IMG/VR virus record: IMGVR_UViG_3300028920_000022
Span: 394,730-458,729 of that record
Length of the DNA: 64,000 nucleotides
Direction: 5' to 3' (one strand)
Below, in pieces: positions 56,161-63,334 of the stretch (the stretch's first letter is position 1; the number at the start of each line of letters is the position of its first letter). The translations under genes and the position numbers were made by a program. Under the pieces are notes generated by a model. That model was not told the DNA's origin. It did not search any database and saw only the letters and a list, made by a program, of their open reading frames with translations.

Positions 56161-56574
56161 CTATTTTATTACGTCCTCGATGATGAAGTTATTTTTCCAC
56201 CCATTGAACCACTTTTCGGCTTTTCTCATGCATAAAATCATGTCAAGTTCGACATTGGAAATGGCTTGGAGTCGGTTGAACCAGTCTAAAAACAATTCAC
56301 GAAAATCTTCGTTTATCTCTTCTGATTTTGTAACAGTGTAAGTTAATTTTCCAGGAATAATTTCATCACTTTTGCAAAACAAAGCAACCTCTAATTTATG
56401 TGCGTAGTGTTCAGGATTAGGATCATCGTAGTATCTTGTCCCTGATACCACTTCTGGAATTAATCTGTACAGGTGCATGTTTAAAACATAACCCGGGCAA
56501 TATATGGAAAACTCTGACCGATCAGCTTTTTGACCGCCTCTGTTTATGTTGATGGTAGTTATATATGGTTTCAC
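56161..56574 (-). CDS. Hypothetical protein, IKDIIE-like end
   Basis: Ends FIIEDVIK. Confidence 0.55.
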   Translation of the reverse strand: MKPYITTININRGGQKADRSEFSIYCPGYVLNMHLYRLIPEVVSGTRYYDDPNPEHYAHKLEVALFCKSDEIIPGKLTYTVTKSEEINEDFRELFLDWFNRLQAISNVELDMILCMRKAEKWFNGWKNNFIIEDVIK

Positions 56575-56833
56575 TTTTCCTCGGAAAATGTTTGTACCAA
56601 GCGATTACAGCTACAATGGAAAAATTCATCACATAATTAACCATCAGCACAAAGTCAGAAGAATAATTAGCTAGAGTATAGCAAATATAGCAGAACTCTC
56701 CAATCAGCCAAAGCCAAATTGTGAGGGTCGCCATCCCATTAGCATGTCCTTCTTTTATGGCTTTCAGCATCTGCGGAAGCCCAGAGAAGGAAAAGCATAC
56801 CATACCGATAAGCCCAACTACCACTAAATTCAT
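56522..56833 (-). CDS. PQ-loop/SemiSWEET-like membrane protein
   Basis: GLIG..CF....LPQM.K..K.G.A.G; three TM helices. Confidence 0.75.
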   Translation of the reverse strand: MNLVVVGLIGMVCFSFSGLPQMLKAIKEGHANGMATLTIWLWLIGEFCYICYTLANYSSDFVLMVNYVMNFSIVAVIAWYKHFPRKSETIYNYHQHKQRRSKS

Positions 56834-56860
56834 AACGATAAATGGACAAAAATTAGTAGG

Positions 56861-56933
56861 CGGGTCCTGCGAGATTTGAACTCGCGTCTAAAAGCTTTAA
56901 AGGCTTTCGCTCTCGCCGCTGAGCTAAGGACCC
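56861..56933 (-). tRNA. Ochre suppressor tRNA (anticodon TTA), Lys-like body
   Basis: GGGTCCT/AGGACCC acceptor, GCTC/GAGC D-stem, AAAGC-CTTTAAA-GCTTT anticodon arm, GCGAG-TTCAAAT-CTCGC T-arm, G73. Confidence 0.92.
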
Positions 56934-57253
56934 AGAGCCAAATTAAGTTTGCTACATAGCTTCTTAGATTTCCTACCGGGCTCTAAAGCAATTGCTGTAA
57001 TCTCATCATCGAAATCTGGTTCTCTAAATATAGAAAACTTGATTTCCTTTTCTTTCGCCAATCCCATCAATTCCTTTAAACTATTCTCGTTTTCTGTTTC
57101 TAATATAACTAAGTAGTTTGAGGAATTGAACCACAACAAATCTTCCTGCGGATGATCGTTTACGAAAGCTCTCAGTGCATGACAGGATTGTGCTGCCCTA
57201 GCTCCTGGGGAAAGGTCTGTTCTAGTGACAATATACAGTTTGTTTTAAGCCAT
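56924..57253 (-). CDS. Peptidyl-tRNA hydrolase II-like protein with in-frame TAA at codon 3
   Basis: GAGGA SD; ATG GCT TAA AAC AAA CTG TAT ATT...; KLYIVTRTDL.PG..AAQSCHA, YLVIL, FREPD, TAIAL motifs. Confidence 0.82.
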
Positions 57254-57254
57254 G

Positions 57255-57788
57255 TCAATCCTCGTCATCGTAGTCTGATTCTTCCGCAATTTCTTTCCGT
57301 TCTTGAGCACACGCCCTGAAATAACTGGATATCCTTTCTACTATAGTTTCTGGAATGTCTTGTTTACGAAACTTTTCTTTCCACCCTTCGTATGGTGTGT
57401 CGCCAGAAATCCAATGTCTTTCTCCAACAGTAAAACAGGGAGGGTCGCTATATATCCGACCTAAATCTGTTTCAATATATGGCCAAATCTCAAGTGGTGA
57501 GTCATTACAGCAGCCGCAGTTGTGTCTAATTTCGCAATCATTGACTCGGTTATTGAGTGAAGCAGAACAAAACCTTTCAGTTTTCCACCTATTTATATGA
57601 CGGCGCAAATCCGGGTATTTTTCGCTTCTTTTTATAAGCAAGTCTAGTTCTTGTTGTTTTTTCTGGACCTCTTTTTCTAATTCGTCTATTATACCCGGAA
57701 TACTGTCTTTCCAATTTTGGTATTCCCGTTGTTCTTCGGGGGTCATTTTAAAGTAGTCTTTGTCGGTATATTTGCTGTAGTCTTTCAT
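57255..57788 (-). CDS. Hypothetical protein
   Basis: RHNCGCC.DSPLE..PY motif; ATGA-coupled to the upstream gene. Confidence 0.7.
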   Translation of the reverse strand: MKDYSKYTDKDYFKMTPEEQREYQNWKDSIPGIIDELEKEVQKKQQELDLLIKRSEKYPDLRRHINRWKTERFCSASLNNRVNDCEIRHNCGCCNDSPLEIWPYIETDLGRIYSDPPCFTVGERHWISGDTPYEGWKEKFRKQDIPETIVERISSYFRACAQERKEIAEESDYDDED

Positions 57789-58108
57789 GCTGCCTCCTGA
57801 GATATTCTGTTAATTCGTACAAAGAGCCAATCACGAACTTCCTTCCACTCAGGTCCTGAAACAGAAAACTCAATATCAGAGGCTCTGCAAATATATTTTG
57901 CAATATCTAGAGCCAATCCGGTATAAAACGTAGTCCTTCCAGTTGAGCAATGTTTGTCTTCGTTCGTGGTTCGTTCCATAACCTCATAAGGCAAACCACG
58001 CAAAAAACCATATGCCAACAATCTACAGCGTTGTTTCCAACCGCCAGCTTTAGCACCTTCAATCACCCAAAGTCTAAGTTGAGCAATAGCATTTTTTCTT
58101 GTATTCAT
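57785..58108 (-). CDS. Hypothetical phage protein (first gene of the pth operon)
   Basis: AGGAG SD; RCRLLAYGFLRG.PYE..E motif. Confidence 0.7.
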   Translation of the reverse strand: MNTRKNAIAQLRLWVIEGAKAGGWKQRCRLLAYGFLRGLPYEVMERTTNEDKHCSTGRTTFYTGLALDIAKYICRASDIEFSVSGPEWKEVRDWLFVRINRISQEAA

Positions 58109-58124
58109 GTCAATCTCCTAAAAA

Positions 58125-58202
58125 TCAAAAAGTTACAAACAGTTTTTCTGGAAACTTTTGTTTAGGAGGTCCACGAATTTGATTAATTTACGAGTCGTGC
58201 AT
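58125..58202 (-). promoter_or_regulatory. Leader uORF MHDS*INQIRGPPKQKFPEKLFVTF* (ochre + RGPP arrest-like motif) with attenuator-like hairpin
   Basis: Translation of 58202-58125; TAA at 58190-58188; CAAAAGTT...AACTTTTTG pairing followed by a T-rich run and the SD. Confidence 0.65.
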
Positions 58203-58242
58203 GTTGTATTTATTCTTGTTTATTAGTTGACAGCTCGACAAA

Positions 58243-58731
58243 TCATCTATGGACCCTATTAATTGCCACATCTGGCTTATCTGGCTTATCTGGCTTATCT
58301 GGCTTATCAGGTTTATCAGGTTTGTCTGGCAAAACAGGTGCAGGTTTATCTACGGAAGCCGTTCCAATAGCTTTAATTTTCTTATCTTTATTATTTTGAA
58401 ATGTTGTCAAACGAGTATCTATTTTTTCTTGAAACAAATTTATAATATCAAGAACATCTTGTTGTCTAGGTCTTTCTGGTAGTGGAATTTGCCGCATTTC
58501 TAGGTAACTATTGTTTAGCTCCTGTTTAATATTATTACAACAGCCAGACTGTATTTGGTTGTATAAAAGCATTAAATCTACTAATGCAGCTTTTGCGTCT
58601 TTATCTAAATTATCTTGTTTTACACCGTATATTCTTCTTCCAATGATTTTGCGCAAACTTTTGTATCCGGCAAGTAGCCTATTTCCGCTTCTTATCGTAT
58701 TTAGAATAATTATTTTATTTTTGGTGTTCAT
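58243..58731 (-). CDS. Hypothetical protein with PDK repeats
   Basis: ATGA-coupled. Confidence 0.6.
   Translation of the reverse strand: MNTKNKIIILNTIRSGNRLLAGYKSLRKIIGRRIYGVKQDNLDKDAKAALVDLMLLYNQIQSGCCNNIKQELNNSYLEMRQIPLPERPRQQDVLDIINLFQEKIDTRLTTFQNNKDKKIKAIGTASVDKPAPVLPDKPDKPDKPDKPDKPDKPDVAINRVHR
58271..58330. repeat. 9-bp tandem repeat (TCTGGCTTA)n encoding PDK
   Basis: About 6.7 units. Confidence 0.9.
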
Positions 58732-58916
58732 TCTATTATGTTTTTGATATCGAAATCCCTATCAGAAATGGTACAAGGTCTTAGCCTTTTGTGCGGAATA
58801 TAGAAATTTCCTTTATAGACAGTAGTTCGTAGTTGTCTTTTTGTTTTTCCACATTTTAAGCAACGTTTTTGATTCCAGCCATTGTCGGTTTTCCATTTGT
58901 GCTTATAGTTCGCCAT
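58728..58916 (-). CDS. Small Cys protein, IKDIIE family
   Basis: CLKC; ends DIKNIIE. Confidence 0.6.
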   Translation of the reverse strand: MANYKHKWKTDNGWNQKRCLKCGKTKRQLRTTVYKGNFYIPHKRLRPCTISDRDFDIKNIIE

Positions 58917-59526
58917 TTTTAGTTGCCTGCATGTAGTGGTTTGCAACCCAAGGAAGATATTTCCTCCACTCTTGGCTCTGTTCATAACGCTTTTTATCAA
59001 AAATAGGATTACGCAACTTATCCAACACGATAAGTTTTGTTGGGTCTAAAACACAAACTTCGTCACGATCACCTGAAGTAATAAACCCCTTTAATGCAGA
59101 ATACCCTTGGGATCGCAAAATTATATTTGTAGCCAAATGTTTGTTTTGAATTTCGCTTTTATCAATTTTATCGATTAATGGTCGTTTTTCGAAAAAACCC
59201 CAGCCTCTAACATCTAAAGCTTTTCCAATAAAATCAAAAATAAACATGTTTTGGTATAAACTTACCGATTGCATATTGCTTTCAAATGAACCTATGTCAT
59301 TATTTCTTAATCTTTCTATGACCCTGTCACTAATTTCATAACCGTAGATACCAACGGGATTAAGTCCAGGATATCTTGGACGTGTATTTATGCCCAATTT
59401 ATCGGCAGAAGTGAAGTGTAAATATTTTCCAACATACTTTTCCAGTGTATAAAATACATCTTCCAGCTCCACACCCTCACGTTCATATCGGGTTTTTCCC
59501 ATTTTCTCCATACCTTTATGTGTCAA
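58903..59526 (-). CDS. Stand-alone paralog of the giant protein's N-terminal ART-like domain
   Basis: YLHFT..KLGIN...PVGIYGY...GYSAL...DEVCVLD. Confidence 0.6.
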   Translation of the reverse strand: MTHKGMEKMGKTRYEREGVELEDVFYTLEKYVGKYLHFTSADKLGINTRPRYPGLNPVGIYGYEISDRVIERLRNNDIGSFESNMQSVSLYQNMFIFDFIGKALDVRGWGFFEKRPLIDKIDKSEIQNKHLATNIILRSQGYSALKGFITSGDRDEVCVLDPTKLIVLDKLRNPIFDKKRYEQSQEWRKYLPWVANHYMQATKNGEL

Positions 59527-59756
59527 TATTGGATGGAAGGTTGTGTATCTATATCGTCCAGATTTTCTCTTATAAAATATAGATATCGCTCAAATTTCTT
59601 GGGGTTTTCTAGAAGTATTGTATATTCGGCGGGAGAAATTCCTAAGTATTCGTGTAGTGTCAAATTAGATTTGGACAAATTCCAATCTGTGATTTCGTCG
59701 TGGATATCCTCAAACTCAACCTCCCCTCTTAGGTAGCGTGTAAGAAAGTTTTCCAA
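59523..59756 (-). CDS. Small phage protein
   Basis: DIHDEI..W......LHEYLGIS..EY. Confidence 0.65.
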   Translation of the reverse strand: MENFLTRYLRGEVEFEDIHDEITDWNLSKSNLTLHEYLGISPAEYTILLENPKKFERYLYFIRENLDDIDTQPSIQY

Positions 59757-59766
59757 ACAGTCCTTT

Positions 59767-60279
59767 TTAGAGTATCGTTTTAATTTCCGGCAAATTGCGG
59801 CAGGTTTGTTTATAATCTAAACCATAACCAATCACAAATTTATCTTCAATCGTAAAACCAAGATAATCTATTTTTACTTCTTTCACTGTTTTTGCCGGTT
59901 TATGCAGTAATGAACATAACTTTACGGACTTTGGTTTTCTAGCTGATAGCATATCCAAAAGATATCTGGATGTCAAGCCTGTATCTACTACATCTTCCAC
60001 AATTAACACATGTTCATTTTCTATGGAGAAATTTAGATCGTGTGTAATTTGTACGAGACCACTAGATTTATTATCATCACCATAGCTTTGAACACCCATA
60101 AATCCTATTTTCATCGGTGTTTTTATTTGTCGTGATAAATCAGCCGTAAATATAAAACTACCCTTCAAAATACAAATCAATACTATTGATTTCCCGTCGT
60201 AATCCTTGGTAATCTGTTTGCCTAACTGTTTGATTTTATTACGTATTTTACGTTCTGAAATTAAAGTTTTCATGCGCAA
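59767..60279 (-). CDS. hpt: Hypoxanthine phosphoribosyltransferase
   Basis: ICILKGS.IF.ADL, VLIVEDVVDTGLT, LLHKP, FVIGYGLDY...RNLP. Confidence 0.95.
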   Translation of the reverse strand: MRMKTLISERKIRNKIKQLGKQITKDYDGKSIVLICILKGSFIFTADLSRQIKTPMKIGFMGVQSYGDDNKSSGLVQITHDLNFSIENEHVLIVEDVVDTGLTSRYLLDMLSARKPKSVKLCSLLHKPAKTVKEVKIDYLGFTIEDKFVIGYGLDYKQTCRNLPEIKTIL

Positions 60280-60360
60280 ATTGTAATCCTTCGTGGTCTG
60301 TTCGTTTGTAGCTCATTCAGATAGGCGTATTTGAAAAACATTTCGAAGATATTTTTTGAG

Positions 60361-60489
60361 TCAAGCACAGATTATGGTCCTTCGTGGGTGGTAATATCTA
60401 ATTGTTTGCCAATCATATTGACTCATCCAAATTTTGGAAGATATTAGGGACCAACTATTGATTTCTTTAAATACTTCTTTCTTGTCCAT
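60361..60489 (-). CDS. Mini-protein, ICA family
   Basis: Ends HPRRTIICA*; start uncertain (track start overlaps the MTase). Confidence 0.5.
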   Translation of the reverse strand: MDKKEVFKEINSWSLISSKIWMSQYDWQTIRYYHPRRTIICA

Positions 60490-60532
60490 AACGAATCTTT
60501 TGTGTGAACTTAATGTGACGGTTTTATTTTTG

Positions 60533-61630
60533 TTAGCATAAAACCTTTTTAAAATAGTAAAAGAAACGAGGAAAATCAGATCCGGGTTGTTGTAATGACT
60601 TTTTAATTTTAATGATTTCCAGTTTACCTGCGGTTTTTTCTTCAATCCAGCGTTTGTTAGGATAAGCTAATTTTCTATTACCACTTCCTTTTTGGGGATG
60701 ATCGTTGTTATTATACGTTTCTATCTCAATAATAACAATACCATCAATTTTAACAAGATTACTAACTAATGTAAAAAACTTTTCTTGACTATCTCCAAAA
60801 TAGTGAAACGTGGATGCGCAAAAAACAACATCAAAATTTTCGGAGCTATCAAAATTTAAAGCGTTGCAACATATAAATTTAACATTTTGTTTTCTAAATA
60901 CTCGATTATTTAATCTATTAGCAATACACAAAACATCTGGATTCACATCTATACCTACAATACTGCCCGAAGTCTGCTTGGCAATTTCAAAACAAAAAAA
61001 GCCATTATTACAGCCCACGTCTAAAAATGACTGTCCATCAGTTATTTCTATTTCTGCCAACTGTAATTTCGTTGGTGACATTGAATCACCGCGGTGATTA
61101 AAATCTGTAAATGATTGGTAGTTAATGCCCTTTTTTAATTTAGAAAAATCTATTCGTTTTAAGTCATCATGAGATTTAATACAAGCTTCTGGTATTGTTT
61201 TTTCGTCGTCAGTATGAAAATTAATTAGATTACGTTTATAAACAAGGGTATGTTGTTTTTGGAACTGTAATCTGCATATTTCATTGCACCCTAGTTCTTT
61301 AAGAATTTCAATCAATTCTTTTTCTATAGAAGATATAACGTATCCCTCTATCAAAACATCTACTATGCCTTCGGCTTTCTCGATTCCCTTTTGCAAGATT
61401 TTTTTCGTCACATGCAGATATCTAGTTTTATTCCATCTAAGGCTAGAACAGTGTAGCTGAATGTTTCTAACGAAACCCACCACTTTTTCATATTGAGGAT
61501 CTCTAAAAAAAGTATCCAAACAATATCGTTGTACGTTAGGGTTGTGTTCTTTGTAATAATGAGTCCAAGTTGTTTTCCCAGAATTGGGCATTCCTGCACA
61601 TAAAAACACCCGTAAATATTGAGCTGTCAC
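60533..61630 (-). CDS. P-loop kinase-like domain fused to class I SAM methyltransferase
   Basis: AGMPNSGKTT; FLDVGCNNGFF, GIDVN, FDVVFC.STFHY. Confidence 0.8.
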   Translation of the reverse strand: MTAQYLRVFLCAGMPNSGKTTWTHYYKEHNPNVQRYCLDTFFRDPQYEKVVGFVRNIQLHCSSLRWNKTRYLHVTKKILQKGIEKAEGIVDVLIEGYVISSIEKELIEILKELGCNEICRLQFQKQHTLVYKRNLINFHTDDEKTIPEACIKSHDDLKRIDFSKLKKGINYQSFTDFNHRGDSMSPTKLQLAEIEITDGQSFLDVGCNNGFFCFEIAKQTSGSIVGIDVNPDVLCIANRLNNRVFRKQNVKFICCNALNFDSSENFDVVFCASTFHYFGDSQEKFFTLVSNLVKIDGIVIIEIETYNNNDHPQKGSGNRKLAYPNKRWIEEKTAGKLEIIKIKKSLQQPGSDFPRFFYYFKKVLC

Positions 61631-61761
61631 TGGTATGCCCTATCGCCATATTTCCTAAACAATCTAATCGATAACATTAGTGCTAATGCCTCTGTTTGTT
61701 TACTGGGCTCTAATACTCTTAAAATAATTTAGAATGCAGCAGACGAGAGTAAATTCGTTTT

Positions 61762-61920
61762 TTAGGCACAGATTGTTGTGGTCCTTCTCTTGCCCCAATG
61801 TACATTAGAAAAAGCGGAACCCAGCATTAACATGGCTTTTTGCATCTTAATCAAGTTCTGTATATGGACATTGAGAATCTTTTCTGTGAATTTGTGGTGA
61901 CAAGTTGTTTTTGTTAGCAT
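61762..61920 (-). CDS. Mini-protein, ICA family
   Basis: Ends GKRRTTTICA*; start uncertain. Confidence 0.5.
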   Translation of the reverse strand: MLTKTTCHHKFTEKILNVHIQNLIKMQKAMLMLGSAFSNVHWGKRRTTTICA

Positions 61921-61936
61921 AATGTACAATTTGTGT

Positions 61937-62188
61937 ATGAGAATTTTTGTTACATTTCCTGAGGAAGATTTTGGTAGTGCTACGCTAGAAATACATGCAT
62001 CAACATCTTCTAATGTATTAGAACGATTACCTATAGCTTTGCGGAATATTGGTGTCAAATCTTTCTACGATTATATTTTTCAAAACGGAGATAAACTAAT
62101 TATTCAAGCTAAAATCGTAGACTATGACAAAAATAAACTTTCCTCTACAAAAGCTATAAACATACTAAAATCATTAAGCACAGATTAG
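61937..62188 (+). CDS. Hypothetical protein (opposite strand)
   Basis: Protein-like composition; no clear SD. Confidence 0.4.
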   Translation: MRIFVTFPEEDFGSATLEIHASTSSNVLERLPIALRNIGVKSFYDYIFQNGDKLIIQAKIVDYDKNKLSSTKAINILKSLSTD

Positions 62189-62296
62189 AACTCTATTTGG
62201 AGCGATTTCTATTAGCCCATAATCAACAAGACAATCTAAGAGATTACTAAGAACATCTGTGCAATTCTTTTGGACTATTACATTTCTTACGCACAT
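62174..62296 (-). CDS. Mini-protein (40 aa), ICA family (not in track)
   Basis: MCVRNVIVQKNCTDVLSNLLDCLVDYGLIEIAPNRVLICA*. Confidence 0.55.
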   Translation of the reverse strand: MCVRNVIVQKNCTDVLSNLLDCLVDYGLIEIAPNRVLICA

Positions 62297-62373
62297 ATTA
62301 AAACCCTTTTGGCGGGAACAATGCTAATTTCTATTATTTGAAAATCGTTGGGTATATAATTCCATCCATTCAT
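62287..62373 (-). CDS. Mini-protein (28 aa), ICA family (not in track)
   Basis: MNGWNYIPNDFQIIEISIVPAKRVLICA*; ATGA-coupled to the upstream gene with AAGGA SD. Confidence 0.6.
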   Translation of the reverse strand: MNGWNYIPNDFQIIEISIVPAKRVLICA

Positions 62374-62840
62374 TCTATTATATCCTTAATTAACAATTCA
62401 TTATATTTCTGAACGTTTATAAGAAAAACTTTCCAACTATTTCTTGCCCAAATAAATTTACCGCTTAATCTACCACCTTTTTCTAAACCTTCCCTAAAGG
62501 AACTAAAAACAAATTCATCAAATCTAAAATCAAATACAAAACCATCATCGGTTAGTATCTTAAATACAATCCGATCTCTACGATCCTCTAGATCAATAAC
62601 TGTTAGTCCCGAAAATTCGTTGTTTTTAATAATCTTTTTGCCGACTTTATGTTCGGTTTTAGTACCCCAACCGGTTCGCCATGTTTTTGCCCAATTTATT
62701 GCCGTATCATATGACTTCTTGCCTTTTTGAGCAATATCTAAAGGAAAAGCCGGAGTTCCTTCATAAGAATATCCGTAAAGATCTCCCGTTTGTTTCACGC
62801 CTTTAGGAAAAATATAGATAACTTCTTTTGGAATAATCAC
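62370..62840 (-). CDS. Hypothetical protein, IKDIIE family
   Basis: Ends LLIKDIIE. Confidence 0.65.
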   Translation of the reverse strand: MIIPKEVIYIFPKGVKQTGDLYGYSYEGTPAFPLDIAQKGKKSYDTAINWAKTWRTGWGTKTEHKVGKKIIKNNEFSGLTVIDLEDRRDRIVFKILTDDGFVFDFRFDEFVFSSFREGLEKGGRLSGKFIWARNSWKVFLINVQKYNELLIKDIIE

Positions 62841-63334
62841 GAATCCTCAGGTCTTTTGACAATGAAAACCTGAGTTTTGTACTTCGCCTCGACATGATCT
62901 GAAAATTTTTCGATAATTCTCTTATATACAGACCAATCTCCACCAGCTAAACCGCATCCTATTTTGTAAGGAAAAGCAATAGATTTAAGATTTTCTATGC
63001 CAGCAACCTTCAATAAACATTTATAGAAAAACTGTTTCCTGTCTTTAACAGAATCTTGCCAATGCAAAAACCGATTATTACTTGGTCTTCCGGGAAATAT
63101 TTGCGCAGTGGCATTAATTACATACCTATTATCTGCGTCACCTCTGATATAAATTTCTTCTGGTAAGTGCACATATTTGCCGTCTTTTCTTTCAGCATAA
63201 ATGTTGGCATAAGGGTATTTTTGAAACAAATACTGCGCCAACCCAGAGTATGTTTTAGAAACACAATTACACTGGTGTATTATATATTGGGCGTCAGATT
63301 CTAACAGGTCTCCGGATATTGTTTCAACCGGCAT
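62837..63334 (-). CDS. Macrodomain ADP-ribose hydrolase (Poa1p/TARG1-like)
   Basis: GDLL, IIHQCNC, GLA..LF.KYP, SIAFPYKIGCGLAGGDW. Confidence 0.9.
   Translation of the reverse strand: MPVETISGDLLESDAQYIIHQCNCVSKTYSGLAQYLFQKYPYANIYAERKDGKYVHLPEEIYIRGDADNRYVINATAQIFPGRPSNNRFLHWQDSVKDRKQFFYKCLLKVAGIENLKSIAFPYKIGCGLAGGDWSVYKRIIEKFSDHVEAKYKTQVFIVKRPEDS

Noticed and set aside
58271-58330. PDK tandem repeat as a regulatory or contingency locus
   Set aside because: The 9-bp unit keeps the frame; a simple low-complexity linker.
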